Shown here: positions 29,422 to 39,762 of the stretch, piece after piece
Layout: each line of letters starts with the position of its first letter
Position numbering within the stretch: the stretch's first letter is position 1
Assembly (NCBI GenBank): GCA_965214265.1
Contig: CBDCBK010000010.1
Coordinates: forward strand, 281,369-345,368
DNA from: Acidimicrobiia bacterium
Lineage (GTDB): Bacteria > Actinomycetota > Acidimicrobiia > Spongiisociales > ZC4RG35
Direction: 5' to 3'
DNA: 64,000 nt
Position numbers and translations under genes: made by a program
The notes under the pieces: generated by a model
Told to the model about the DNA's origin: nothing
Seen by the model: only the letters and a program-made list of their open reading frames with translations
Databases searched by the model: none

Positions 29422-31647
29422 ATGGCCGTCTGCGGTTACCTCGACCGATGGTCATACCTCTCCGGCGATGAGGTTCGCCTGCACCTCGACACCCAGGGTC
29501 AACCGTATTCCTTCGATCTGATCTCACTTGATTCGCCCGGCGACCGCATACCCGACCTCGGTCGAGGCCCGCTGCCCGGCAGCCGACCGTCCTCACCGGT
29601 GGGATCGATGATCTACGTCCCGAGCGCCGGGCCGGAGTTGTTGACGCGGGTTAGCATGCGGCTCTGGATCTGGCCCACCCTCCTGGCGCGAGACGAGCCA
29701 CAGGTCCTCTTGAACTGGCGAGACCACATCACGAATGACGGCGTAACGATAGCCTTGGATGACTCTGGACGACCCTATTGTGATGTTGCTTTCGGAGGGG
29801 TCGAGTGGAGAGTCTCCTCGGCATCCGCGGTTTGGGAGAAGACCTGGTTTCACATTTCCACCGGGTTCGACACCATCGCGGGTCAATATTCCCTCGGTGT
29901 TCATGAACTCGGCGGTCGAGTGTTGGATCGGAGCGCGATCACACAGGATATCACGGGTGAAACACCGACTCTTCGTATCGACGGCCCGATCACTATAGGT
30001 GCGGCCGGCATCCTAGACCAGACCGGAAAGTACTCCATAAAACACTGCTACGACGGGAAAATCGAGCAGCCCTCGGTCTACCGCGAATGGCCCGATTCTC
30101 CATCCGGGATAGCCGGTCATCCAGTTGATGTTTCTCCCGAAGCTGTGATTGGATGCTGGGATTTCGCCCAAGTGCAAGCCACAACCCGGGTGCCGGACTC
30201 CGGTCCTGGCAACCGAGACGGCTGGACCGTCAACCTGCCTGCCCTGCGAATGAAAGGGCATTCATGGAGTTGGCGTCAGTCACCCGGCGAGCAGGCCTTG
30301 AACAGAAACGCCATCCATTTTCATCACGACGATGTCGGCGACCGGAACTGGGACGCGTCCACGGTTGTCACGCTGCCCCAAGATTTGGAACCGGGCGCCT
30401 ACGCCATGCAGATCGAGAGCGGCCCGGCTTCGGCGGAGTTGCCCTTTTTCGTCCGGAGCAGAAGGGACCGACCCGAAATTGCAGTGCTGATGCCCACCTT
30501 CACATATCTGGCCTACGGCAACCTGCGGCCGGATATGTCCAATCCCGACGCGGTGGCGATCGAAGAGGCACACACCGAAGTTGGTTTGCACGATTTCGAT
30601 GAATCGAATCCATTCGACAGCTTCCTGGCCGGGCGTCCGGATCTTGGCGCATCGGTCTACAACCGCCATGTCGACGCCAGCGGAATATGCTATGCAACCC
30701 GCCATCGTCCCATCGTGACTTTCGCATCCGAGTATGAATGGTGGGGGACGAGGGGCCCGCGCCACTTCTCCACCGACATCATCCTGCTCCGATGGCTGCG
30801 ATCCGAAGGCCGCCGATTCGACGTCATCACCGATGAGGACGTGGACACGTACGGCCTCGATCTGCTCTCCTCCTACCGGGTGGTCATCACCGGCAGCCAC
30901 CCCGAGTACGTTTCGACCAACTGGATGCTGGCGGTCGAGGATTGGCTTGAAGCTGGGGGACGCCTCATGTACCTGGGAGGGAACGGCCTTTATTGGGTGA
31001 CTGCCACCCATCCCGACATGCCGGGAGTCATCGAATTGCGACGCGGCTTTGCCGGCTCCCGTGACTGGACGTCGGAGGTTGGCGAAGAGTGGCTCAGTCT
31101 GGAGGAGGGAGTCGGAGGACTGTGGCGTCACCGAGGCATCGCTCCCCAGTGCCTGGTCGGCGTGGGGTTCACAGCCATGGGTTGGGGCACCTCTGCCGGT
31201 TACAAGCGATGTCCTGATTCGTTCGAAGAAGATGTCGCATTCGTCCTCGAAGGCATCGGCGCCGACGAGATAATCGGAGAATTCGATAGTGGACTCGGCG
31301 GGGCACTCATGGGAGCGGCAGGTGATGAAATTGACCGGTTGGACTACGCGCTGGGCACTCCTCTCCAGACAAAGCTGCTGGCCACCTCCTCGGGCCGCCA
31401 TGGCCAGTTCCAGCGCGCCATCGAAGATCTCATGCAGTCGAACAACTTCTTTGGCTCCGATCGGGATCCGGAAGTGCGAGCGGACATGACGCTCCTCCAA
31501 CGAGCGAATGGAGGGTGCGTGTTCTCGGTGGGATCGATGAACTGGATCCCATTCCTGGCCACCCAGGACGGGAACAGCAATGTGGCGAAGGTCACCCGCA
31601 ATGTCCTGAACAACTTCCTGTCACGCTCGAGAGAGGGAGGAGGATGA
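29422..31647 (+). CDS. N,N-dimethylformamidase beta-subunit-like family protein (DmfA2-like), function unknown
   Basis: Several blocks match the recalled DmfA2 sequence: VLMPTFTYLAYGN, VVITGSHPEY, GGRLMYLGGNGLYWV, DRLDYALGTP, ANGGCVFSVGSMNWI and VAKVTRNVLNNFL. Confidence 0.65.
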   Translation: MAVCGYLDRWSYLSGDEVRLHLDTQGQPYSFDLISLDSPGDRIPDLGRGPLPGSRPSSPVGSMIYVPSAGPELLTRVSMRLWIWPTLLARDEPQVLLNWRDHITNDGVTIALDDSGRPYCDVAFGGVEWRVSSASAVWEKTWFHISTGFDTIAGQYSLGVHELGGRVLDRSAITQDITGETPTLRIDGPITIGAAGILDQTGKYSIKHCYDGKIEQPSVYREWPDSPSGIAGHPVDVSPEAVIGCWDFAQVQATTRVPDSGPGNRDGWTVNLPALRMKGHSWSWRQSPGEQALNRNAIHFHHDDVGDRNWDASTVVTLPQDLEPGAYAMQIESGPASAELPFFVRSRRDRPEIAVLMPTFTYLAYGNLRPDMSNPDAVAIEEAHTEVGLHDFDESNPFDSFLAGRPDLGASVYNRHVDASGICYATRHRPIVTFASEYEWWGTRGPRHFSTDIILLRWLRSEGRRFDVITDEDVDTYGLDLLSSYRVVITGSHPEYVSTNWMLAVEDWLEAGGRLMYLGGNGLYWVTATHPDMPGVIELRRGFAGSRDWTSEVGEEWLSLEEGVGGLWRHRGIAPQCLVGVGFTAMGWGTSAGYKRCPDSFEEDVAFVLEGIGADEIIGEFDSGLGGALMGAAGDEIDRLDYALGTPLQTKLLATSSGRHGQFQRAIEDLMQSNNFFGSDRDPEVRADMTLLQRANGGCVFSVGSMNWIPFLATQDGNSNVAKVTRNVLNNFLSRSREGGG

Positions 31648-32780
31648 GCCGGAAGGTCGGAGTCGGGGTGGTGGGCTGCGGTCATGTAAGTCGCCAATAT
31701 CTGGAGGGATTCAAGAGCATGCCCTCCCTCCAGGTGGTGGGGTGTTTCGACGTTGATCGGGGACAGGCGCAAACCCGTGCCGTGGAATTCGATATTCCCT
31801 ACATATACAGACACTTGGAGGAGTTGCTCGGCGACCCCGCGGTGGAGATTGTTCTGAACATCACTCCCCCGTTGATCCATTTTGGAATCTCCGAGGCCGC
31901 GCTCGGTTCCGGCAAGCACGTTTTTTCAGAAAAGCCCCTGGCGCCAACCCGAGAGGAGGCGCGACATCTTCTTGATATCGCCGCCGCCAACAATGCCCGG
32001 TTGGCGTGCGCTCCGGATACTTTCCTGGGGAGCGGGCTTCAAACCTCGCGCAAGCTCCTGGATGATGGGTGGATCGGAACGCCGGTGGGGGCTAGCGCCT
32101 TTTTCCTTTCCAATGGCGTCGAACATTTTCACCCCAGTCCGGCGTTTTTCTATGGTCCGGCAGGAGGACCCCTGCTGGATGTGGGGCCGTATTACCTCAC
32201 CGCCCTCATCAACCTGCTCGGTCCGGTGGCGCGAGTGGCGGCCAGTTCCCGGATCACCTTTCCCGAGCGGATGATCACCTCGCTGGAACAGTACGGTTCC
32301 CGAATCAAGGTGGAGACACCGACGTACATCTCTTCGATCCTCGAATTCGAGTCCGGGATCATCAGCTCGCTGCTCGCCACGTTTGACGTCCAGGCCACTC
32401 GGCTGCCTTTCATCGAGGTGTACGGAACGAGAGGCTCGCTCAGCGCGACAGACCCCGACATCTGGAGCGGAAGCCCCGAGATCCGCCAACACGGTGAAGA
32501 GGAGAAGGCCATGCTGGATTTGGAGCGAAATGTTCCATGGACGGCTTTTCGGTCCTCGCTGCCCATTGCCGGGATGAGAGGCATCGGCGTCGCCGATCTC
32601 GCCCGGGCAATAGTCGATGGTCGGCCCCATCGAGTAGCGGCCGAAGTTGCATACCACGTGCTGGACATTGCCCTTTCCGTTGCCGAGGCAGCAGAATCCA
32701 GAGTCCATGTGCAAGTCGATAGCACATGTCTGAGACCGGCGCCGCTTCCACTGGAAGTGGTGGAATGCCCGCCGTCCTGA
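31644..32780 (+). CDS. Gfo/Idh/MocA-family oxidoreductase
   Basis: An ATGA overlap couples it to the previous gene. It has GVVGCGHVSRQY and EKP motifs. Confidence 0.8.
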   Translation: MSRKVGVGVVGCGHVSRQYLEGFKSMPSLQVVGCFDVDRGQAQTRAVEFDIPYIYRHLEELLGDPAVEIVLNITPPLIHFGISEAALGSGKHVFSEKPLAPTREEARHLLDIAAANNARLACAPDTFLGSGLQTSRKLLDDGWIGTPVGASAFFLSNGVEHFHPSPAFFYGPAGGPLLDVGPYYLTALINLLGPVARVAASSRITFPERMITSLEQYGSRIKVETPTYISSILEFESGIISSLLATFDVQATRLPFIEVYGTRGSLSATDPDIWSGSPEIRQHGEEEKAMLDLERNVPWTAFRSSLPIAGMRGIGVADLARAIVDGRPHRVAAEVAYHVLDIALSVAEAAESRVHVQVDSTCLRPAPLPLEVVECPPS

Positions 32781-32822
32781 ACCCGACGGGGACTGCCACG
32801 ACGGAGGCGGTGCGGCTATCGC

Positions 32823-34319
32823 TCAGTTATCGGGAGCATCATTGGTTTTCAGTGCCCCTACCGAGACATCGCTGACCGGGTTCCACAGCATCCAGCCCAG
32901 ATCAAACTCCTCTGCGGCGTTGATGGAAGACCGCACCTGGGAGTCCCGGTATCCGAAGTCCTGCAGCCAGGGACGAATCACCACCCCGGTTTTGACCCGG
33001 GCAATAGCGTCCGCCAAGGCGTGATTCACGACCTCGCCGGGGTGGTCGTTGGGCCGTTCGTAGCCGAACCATCCGTGGTCATAGTGACTGGGATACAGCA
33101 TCGGCGAGACGACATCCAGCGCCTCGGTGATCTTTTCCCATTGCTGGCCGATCCCACCGTCATCGGGAACCGTCGTCAAAAACCCGAAAATGTCGGCTGC
33201 CACGGCGCATCCCATCGGCCACAGCACAGCGCGGGCCTCTTGCAACAGTGAGGTGATGGCGGACACCCGCGAGTCAGGGTCGATCGGTCCGTCAAAAGTG
33301 GCGGACGGCCGCCGCGAATCGGGGAATCGAATGTAGTCAAACTGGATTTCATCCACCCCCAGAGCACAAGCCTCCACCGCCAAGTCCAGGGCGTAGGAGC
33401 GGGCGTCGTGATCCGTGGGATCCAAAAAGTACTGATGGCCCTGCCGGTAAGGCCGGTCGTAATAGGCATCCCAGACCGCCATGGTCGGACGTTTCACGCT
33501 GGCGGTGGGATCCTGGAAAGCCACGATCCTGCCGATCAGATATATGCCATCCTGTTCCAGCATGTCGGCGAGCCCGGCCAGATCGTATTGGGGATACACA
33601 GCTCCCACCTCCCGGGCCATTTCGACCTGGGAGTCATAAAAGACCAATCCCGTTTCGTCCTTCAGATCCAGCATCACCCCGTTCAGTTCGGTCTCCTCCA
33701 CCATCCTCACCAGAGCGTCCCATTGCTGCCGATCTCCCGCCGCCTTTCCTGACACATGCACCGCTTTCACCACCAGCGGAGCGATGGTCAACTCCGCATC
33801 CCCCGGGCCTCCATCCCATTGGTATTCGGCGCCGATCCAGGCCGGACGAGCCACCCTGATCTCGCCCTCTTCCACTCCCTCCAAAAGGAAACTACCGTTG
33901 ATACCGGTAACCGTGCTCACCGATCCCGAACTCACCAGCACCCCCTCAACAGGAACCTGACCAAGGTCGGTCACTCTTCCCCGCAGAATCCTCGGCCTCA
34001 GGTGGACCACCATCGACTCCTGGGGCGGCCCCGCGACGGTAACCGTCTTTTGCAGGTGGCCGGGGGAGATCAACACATAACGACGTCCGTCAGGGACCCA
34101 CTTCAGTCCGGCTGACCCCTCCAGGTCGGTGATGCCCACCACCTCCTCGTCGTGGAGAACCGTTACGTCACCCATAGGCTGGCCGCTTCCATCCAGCACA
34201 TAGAGAAGGAAAGGCTGATCGTCGTTGAACACCAGCCAAGCCATCCATATCACCCAACAAAGGGTGAACAGGGTCAACAACCTACGTGCCCAGAGTCTGC
34301 GCCATGACATGTCTAACAA
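32823..34319 (-). CDS. Membrane-anchored putative glycoside hydrolase (DUF4015/GHL-like TIM barrel)
   Basis: An N-terminal TM helix is followed by a C-terminal DEIQFDYIRFP...WLQDFGY region. Confidence 0.45.
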   Translation of the reverse strand: MLDMSWRRLWARRLLTLFTLCWVIWMAWLVFNDDQPFLLYVLDGSGQPMGDVTVLHDEEVVGITDLEGSAGLKWVPDGRRYVLISPGHLQKTVTVAGPPQESMVVHLRPRILRGRVTDLGQVPVEGVLVSSGSVSTVTGINGSFLLEGVEEGEIRVARPAWIGAEYQWDGGPGDAELTIAPLVVKAVHVSGKAAGDRQQWDALVRMVEETELNGVMLDLKDETGLVFYDSQVEMAREVGAVYPQYDLAGLADMLEQDGIYLIGRIVAFQDPTASVKRPTMAVWDAYYDRPYRQGHQYFLDPTDHDARSYALDLAVEACALGVDEIQFDYIRFPDSRRPSATFDGPIDPDSRVSAITSLLQEARAVLWPMGCAVAADIFGFLTTVPDDGGIGQQWEKITEALDVVSPMLYPSHYDHGWFGYERPNDHPGEVVNHALADAIARVKTGVVIRPWLQDFGYRDSQVRSSINAAEEFDLGWMLWNPVSDVSVGALKTNDAPDN

Positions 34320-34356
34320 CCGAGATTAGATAAATTCCGGCTATAAGGTATATCCA

Positions 34357-34650
34357 ATGTTTGGCTTCCTGCTGTCGGTGTTGATCGCCGCCCTGGCCGG
34401 AGCAATCGGCGCCCGGCTGGCAGGCGGCCCTCCAAAGGGCTGCTGGGGATCCATTGCCCTGGGATGGGTGGGCGCCTTCCTGGGCTCCCGGCTGGCCGAC
34501 CTCCTGGATTTGCCCACCTTCTGGGTAATCGAGGGGTTCCCGGTGGTGTGGGCAGTTATCGGAGCGGCATTGTTCGTAGCCCTGCTCAACCTGATAAGCG
34601 GACGCGGTGTCCGGCGGCCTCGCCGCTGGAATAAATTGCCGCCGCCCTGA
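34357..34650 (+). CDS. GlsB/YeaQ/YmgE-family stress membrane protein
   Basis: It is 97 aa with GAIGARL...GWVGAFLG glycine-zipper helices. Confidence 0.7.
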   Translation: MFGFLLSVLIAALAGAIGARLAGGPPKGCWGSIALGWVGAFLGSRLADLLDLPTFWVIEGFPVVWAVIGAALFVALLNLISGRGVRRPRRWNKLPPP

Positions 34651-34671
34651 TGCCGGACGGCGCCTGAGAAG

Positions 34672-36084
34672 TTAGCCGACGGCTCCCGACTCGAACATGT
34701 TCAACTCGATGAGCCGGTTCATCTCCACCGCATACTCCATGGGGAGTTCTTTCACGATCGGCTCGATGAACCCGGCCACCACCATGGATGTGGCCTGATC
34801 CTCGGTAAGGCCCCGGCTCATCAGATAGAACAGCTGCTCCTCTCCCACCTTGGAAACGGTCGCCTCATGGCCGATCTCGGCATCGTTCTCCTCGATCTCC
34901 ATATAGGGGTAGGTGTCGGAGCGTGATTCCTCATCGAGGATCAAGGCGTCGCAACGCACAAAACTCTTCGACCGCTCCGCACCCGGCTCCACCCTCACCA
35001 GACCCCGATATCCCGCCCGGCCACCCGCTCGGCAGATCGACTTGGAAACGATGGTGGAGGTGGTGTCGGGAGCGACATGCACCATCTTGGCTCCCGCGTC
35101 CTGATGCTGTCCCGAGCTGGCGAAAGCGATGGACAGCACCTCGCCGTGGGCGCCCGGCTCCATCAGCCACACCGACGGATATTTCATGGTCAGCTTGGAT
35201 CCGATGTTGGCGTCCACCCACTCCATGGTGGCGTCGGCATAGGCGGTCGCCCGCTTGGTGACCAGGTTGTAAACATTGTTCGACCAGTTTTGAATGGTGG
35301 TGTAACGACACCGGCCGCCCTGGAGGACAACGATCTCCACCACCGCCGAATGGAGCGAGTCGGTGGCGTAGACCGGCGCCGAACAGCCTTCCACATAATG
35401 GCAGAAGGCGCCCTCGTCAACGATGATCAGAGTGCGTTCAAACTGGCCCATGTTCTCGGAGTTGATCCGGAAATAGGCCTGGAGGGGCTGGTCGACATGC
35501 ACCCCGGGAGGCACGTAGATGAAGGAACCGCCCGACCACACCGCCGAGTTGAGCGCGGCGAACTTGTTGTCGTTGGGGGGAATGATCGTCCCGAAGTACT
35601 TTCTGACCAGGTCGGGATATTCCCGGACCGCGGTGTCCATATCACAGAACAGCACGCCCATTTCATCGAGGTCTTCCCGGTTGCGGTGATACACGACCTC
35701 CGACTCGTACTGGGCGGTGACTCCTGCCAGGAATTTGCGCTCCGCCTCGGGAATGCCCAACTTCTCATAGGTTTCCTTGATCTCATCGGGGACCATATCC
35801 CAGGTGTGGGCCTGCTCCGCAGTGGGCTTGATGTAGTAGTAGATGTCGTCGAAATCGATTTCATCGAGCAGCCCTCCCCCGCCCCAGGTGGGAATGGGTT
35901 TGGCCAGGAAGCGCTGATAGGCCCGAAGCCGAAAGGAGAGCATCCACTCCGACTCTTCTTTCATAGCCGACATCTGTCGGATCATCTCCTCCGACAGCCC
36001 CTTTTGCGGTTTGAAGACGTAATCGTCCTCGGAGTCGTGCCATCCCAACTTGTAGGCACCAAGGTCAATATCAACAGTTGCCAC
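34672..36084 (-). CDS. sufB: Fe-S cluster assembly protein SufB
   Basis: It is 470 aa with ...[13 protein letters not shown] and conserved SufB blocks. Confidence 0.9.
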   Translation of the reverse strand: MATVDIDLGAYKLGWHDSEDDYVFKPQKGLSEEMIRQMSAMKEESEWMLSFRLRAYQRFLAKPIPTWGGGGLLDEIDFDDIYYYIKPTAEQAHTWDMVPDEIKETYEKLGIPEAERKFLAGVTAQYESEVVYHRNREDLDEMGVLFCDMDTAVREYPDLVRKYFGTIIPPNDNKFAALNSAVWSGGSFIYVPPGVHVDQPLQAYFRINSENMGQFERTLIIVDEGAFCHYVEGCSAPVYATDSLHSAVVEIVVLQGGRCRYTTIQNWSNNVYNLVTKRATAYADATMEWVDANIGSKLTMKYPSVWLMEPGAHGEVLSIAFASSGQHQDAGAKMVHVAPDTTSTIVSKSICRAGGRAGYRGLVRVEPGAERSKSFVRCDALILDEESRSDTYPYMEIEENDAEIGHEATVSKVGEEQLFYLMSRGLTEDQATSMVVAGFIEPIVKELPMEYAVEMNRLIELNMFESGAVG

Positions 36085-36468
36085 AACTCACCTCTTCATT
36101 GCACTAAGCCGTTGTTTGTAATGCTAACACCAAACATGTAGATGCGCATCCCGAGACCAGACGCTCAAAATCCGCTCCGCGATGCTGCTTTGGGTGTACT
36201 GGAGTGGGATTCACACCGAAGCGGCCACTCACCACTTGCTTTTTGGAGGAGTTTCGGGAGGTGCCGTAGCGCTTGGCGCCCTCACCGGAGTTGGGTTGTC
36301 CCCGATAGGGGTCATCGCCTCGGCCAACGCCTCCTGGGCTTCTTTTGGAGAGCGCGCCATGAGAGGCCTGGTCACTGCAAAACTCCCCGCTGAAAGGAAC
36401 CGATTAACCTACCGGAAGTCGCTTTACGCCAAAAATGGGAGTTTCGGCTTGAACCACCGGGAGAAAAC

Positions 36469-36933
36469 TTGTCGGAGGGAGGCGGAACGGTGCCGGTGAT
36501 GGTGGTGGGCGCGGACACTCCGGTAGGAGAGGCGATCATTGGAGAGTTGGTCCACCCCGACCGGGAAGTGCGGGCGTTTGTCTCCGATCCTTCCTGCGGG
36601 GTGCGCTTCAAAAAAGCAGGCGTTAAGGTGGCACTGGGTGATGTCTCCGACACCTCGCACGTGTCCAGTGCCTGTCTTCGGTGTCATACCGCGGTTTTGG
36701 TGTGCGAAGCATCCCGGGACGGCCGAGAGATCTCCTTTGCCGCCGACGCCCGGGAGTTGTTCGCACAATGGGCACAGGCGGTCTCCGAGGCGGGGGTGCG
36801 GAGGGTTATATGGGTAGCCGACCACCCGGTCCCCATTGCCGATGTCCCGGAACAGGCCACGGTCGAAAGCAGCCTGCCTTCCGAACAAGTCGCCGAACAA
36901 GTCGCCGATCTCGACGACGCCTCGTCCCTTTAG
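36469..36933 (+). CDS. NAD(P)-binding domain protein (NmrA/atypical SDR-like)
   Basis: It has the VMVVGADTPVGEAI Rossmann motif. Confidence 0.5.
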   Translation: MSEGGGTVPVMVVGADTPVGEAIIGELVHPDREVRAFVSDPSCGVRFKKAGVKVALGDVSDTSHVSSACLRCHTAVLVCEASRDGREISFAADARELFAQWAQAVSEAGVRRVIWVADHPVPIADVPEQATVESSLPSEQVAEQVADLDDASSL

Positions 36934-36959
36934 CGTTTCTAAAACTAAAATGGCTCCCA

Positions 36960-37310
36960 GAATGGGTGAGCAAGTCGAACTCGGCCGGGAAGAGCGGGTG
37001 GAGTTACGTGAGGTGTGGCAGTAGGAAGCAAGAGACTTCACCTCGTGGTTGACCCAGAACATCGACCTGCTCAATGAACATCTGCCATTCGGCATCGACC
37101 CCGACTTGAGCAGACCGACCACAGCCATCTTGGCCAGTTGCTGACCTATCTCTCCGCTTACCAGGCTGAAGCAGCGATCTGGATCGCAGGTAAAGGACGA
37201 CCGGAACATGCCAAGGCCGTCCAGTGGCTCAACGATGCCGGCAACATCGATGCCTATCTCTTCCAAGTCGAAGCCGTCAAGATAGATACTCGCGTCTAGC
37301 GCCGATGCTC
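36960..37310 (+). pseudogene. Degenerate gene remnant (DUF4268-like N-terminus)
   Basis: The sequence ...VELREVWQ*EARDFTSWLTQNIDLLNEHLPFGIDPDL has an in-frame stop. A frameshift then leads to ...YLSAYQAEAAIWIAGKGRPEHAKAVQWLNDAG. Confidence 0.25.
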
Positions 37311-37366
37311 GGAGAGCCGGTGATGAAGATCGCGCCAAGCACTGTCCGTCCCCCTCTTCCGGCGTC

Positions 37367-38512
37367 CTAAACCAAAAGGGGAGCAAGGCCCTCCAAGAGC
37401 AGGCCGATGGACTCCTCCGTGGTGGTGGCCGGAGGTGAGACCCTCACCCAGCCGGCTCGATCAGCCAGCACCACCCCTCGTGCCCGCATGTGCTCCACCA
37501 CTTGCCCCGAGGCATGGCCCGGGATACGGAAGGTGAGTATTCCCGCTCTCTCGTCTGCGTCTGTCCAGGGCCGCCGCAGCTCACATCCCATCCTTTCCAA
37601 CGCCTCCTCCAGGCGGTCCATCGCCCCCGAGATACGTTGGCTGATCACCCCCAGACCGACCATCTGGATCACTTCACAGGCGGCCGACAACGCCACCGCT
37701 CCCATCACCGGATCACTGCTCATCTGAAAGCGGGAGACGGTTGCGGAAGGTGGATGGGGAGGAGGAGCCTGAAAGTCCATGGGCTCGGCCACGCCCATCC
37801 ATCCGGTGAGAGTGGGCGCCAAACGCTCGATGGCGCGATCGGAGACCATCATCGCCGCCCCTCCGAATCCGGCTCTCAGCCACTTGTGGCTGCCTGCCGC
37901 CACCACGTCCGACACCGCGGTGTCCACCGGGAAGGCCCCCAGGGACTGAATGGCGTCCACCACCAGCAGCGGAGCGGGAAAGGCTTCCCGGAGCTTTCCC
38001 AAATCCGTGCGGAAGCCGGTGGCGAAATCGACATGGCTGACTGCCACCACCCGTGTGGAGGAATCAACGAAGGGACGGAGATGGTCAGGAGCAAGGCGAT
38101 GATCCGGCAGGGGAACCCGCCGCACCTCATCGATCAAACCCGCTTCTTGGGCCCGAATCCACGGATAGAGATTGGTGGGGAACTCCGCTTCGGGGACTAC
38201 CACGTTCCCGCCCCGCAAACCGAAGGCGACGTGGAGGAGGGCGGCCCCGGTGGTGTGGGTGACGCCCACCCGGTCGACCGCTGTATCCGAAAGAGCGGCG
38301 AGTGCCTGTCGGCCCTGGTCCATCGCCCTCTCCAAGAGCGTGGTCAGGTTTTTGGTGGCGGAGCAAAATTCCGCCGCGTAGTCGGCCACCCTGCTTTGCA
38401 CCAGCCGGGAGACCGGAGAGATGGCCGCGGAGTTCATATACCCCAAAGGTTCGCAAAACTGCTCCCGATAGGCGGCGGGAAGCGGAGGAAGAGTCATCTG
38501 AACTGGGCGCAT
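37367..38512 (-). CDS. Class-V aminotransferase-fold PLP enzyme (cysteine desulfurase/epimerase-like)
   Basis: AAGSHKW is the PLP-lysine motif. The protein is 381 aa. Confidence 0.7.
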   Translation of the reverse strand: MRPVQMTLPPLPAAYREQFCEPLGYMNSAAISPVSRLVQSRVADYAAEFCSATKNLTTLLERAMDQGRQALAALSDTAVDRVGVTHTTGAALLHVAFGLRGGNVVVPEAEFPTNLYPWIRAQEAGLIDEVRRVPLPDHRLAPDHLRPFVDSSTRVVAVSHVDFATGFRTDLGKLREAFPAPLLVVDAIQSLGAFPVDTAVSDVVAAGSHKWLRAGFGGAAMMVSDRAIERLAPTLTGWMGVAEPMDFQAPPPHPPSATVSRFQMSSDPVMGAVALSAACEVIQMVGLGVISQRISGAMDRLEEALERMGCELRRPWTDADERAGILTFRIPGHASGQVVEHMRARGVVLADRAGWVRVSPPATTTEESIGLLLEGLAPLLV

Positions 38513-38518
38513 CCTTCT

Positions 38519-39151
38519 CTATAGAAGCGAAAGCCCGACCAACGCGCCCAGTTCTCTGAGGGCGTCGGTGGGATCGATCACCTTGATTGTGGTCATGCCC
38601 ATGTTAAGGGCGGTTTTGAGGTTGGCGCCAATGTCGTCCAGCATCACCGCCTCGCAAGGTTCCACTCCCAGGCGGGAAAGCGTCCTGCGGTATATCTCCG
38701 GCTCGGGCTTGCGAACCCCTTCCACACAGGACTCCACCACTATCTCGAAGTGGGCTTCTACCGATGGCGCCTCCAGCCCTTTCCAGTTGTTGGTAACCGC
38801 CGCCGCCGCGATCCCCTTCCCGCGCAACCGGCTCACGGCCTCCAGCATCCGGGGACGAATCGTCAGATCGGCTTCGATTCTTCTCATCATTTCGGCCACA
38901 TCCAGATCCACCCCCCATTGCCGGGCTTCTTCTCTCAGGCCTCGTTCGAAAGTCTCGGCGCTGATCTCTCCCCGTTCGTGGCGGACCCAGGCGCCATCTC
39001 CGCCCGCATCGGTCACTATCCGCGCCACCGTCCCGGGTGGAAGGCCCTGATCGCACTCGAACGAGGAGATGGAGTGAAGCGGCGATTCGAAAACCACTCC
39101 TCCCAAGTCGAAGAGAGCCGCTTTGATCCGTGTCAAATCGTCCGGACGCAC
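38519..39151 (-). CDS. HAD-family hydrolase
   Basis: It has DLGGVV motif I, VTNN and MLDD motifs. Confidence 0.75.
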   Translation of the reverse strand: MRPDDLTRIKAALFDLGGVVFESPLHSISSFECDQGLPPGTVARIVTDAGGDGAWVRHERGEISAETFERGLREEARQWGVDLDVAEMMRRIEADLTIRPRMLEAVSRLRGKGIAAAAVTNNWKGLEAPSVEAHFEIVVESCVEGVRKPEPEIYRRTLSRLGVEPCEAVMLDDIGANLKTALNMGMTTIKVIDPTDALRELGALVGLSLL

Positions 39152-39161
39152 AAGACCTCTC

Positions 39162-39617
39162 TCAGCGCCTCTTGCGCTCGCGCACTGTGAAACGCAGCCG
39201 ATGGACAGGCTCTCCGTCGAGATGGATCACGAAGGAATAATCACCCGCCGACTCAAAGGGCAGCGAGTTGAAGGTAAAAGCTATCGGATATCCGAATATT
39301 GCTCCGGGCGCGAAACCGGAAGGAGGCTTGACAGGCAACCTTCGCTGAAGTATTCTGGATCCCAGAATGCTCCTTCCGTCTTGGTCTTGAAGGTCAACGC
39401 CCACGTCCACCGGAGACTTGTCCCATCCCCAGGGAAATGTGATTCTCATGCCGATCCCCATAGAGGAGTGCCGGGTGGGAAGGCCTCCCACCAACAGTTG
39501 ATCCCAGCCCCCTCCCAGGGCAAACAGCTTTCCTCCCACCACTTGCACAGCGTCGGCCAGAAAGGCGAAATCGACAGAGGGCTTCAGCCCGGAAAACCCC
39601 ATCTCCGACAAATCCAT
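39162..39617 (-). CDS. Hypothetical protein
   Basis: This is a ~152-aa ORF with no recognised family. Confidence 0.3.
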   Translation of the reverse strand: MDLSEMGFSGLKPSVDFAFLADAVQVVGGKLFALGGGWDQLLVGGLPTRHSSMGIGMRITFPWGWDKSPVDVGVDLQDQDGRSILGSRILQRRLPVKPPSGFAPGAIFGYPIAFTFNSLPFESAGDYSFVIHLDGEPVHRLRFTVRERKRR

Positions 39618-39762
39618 TACTACGCAGCCACCAGCGCGGAGGTTAGCTACATCCCCTCCTTGCCACAGGTGGCTAACGCTGCCACTTTGAAATCTGTCTT
39701 TGGGAACCCGAGGACCTGAACCATCGCTTATTGCCGAACCCCCAGAGAGGAAACCTCCACCC

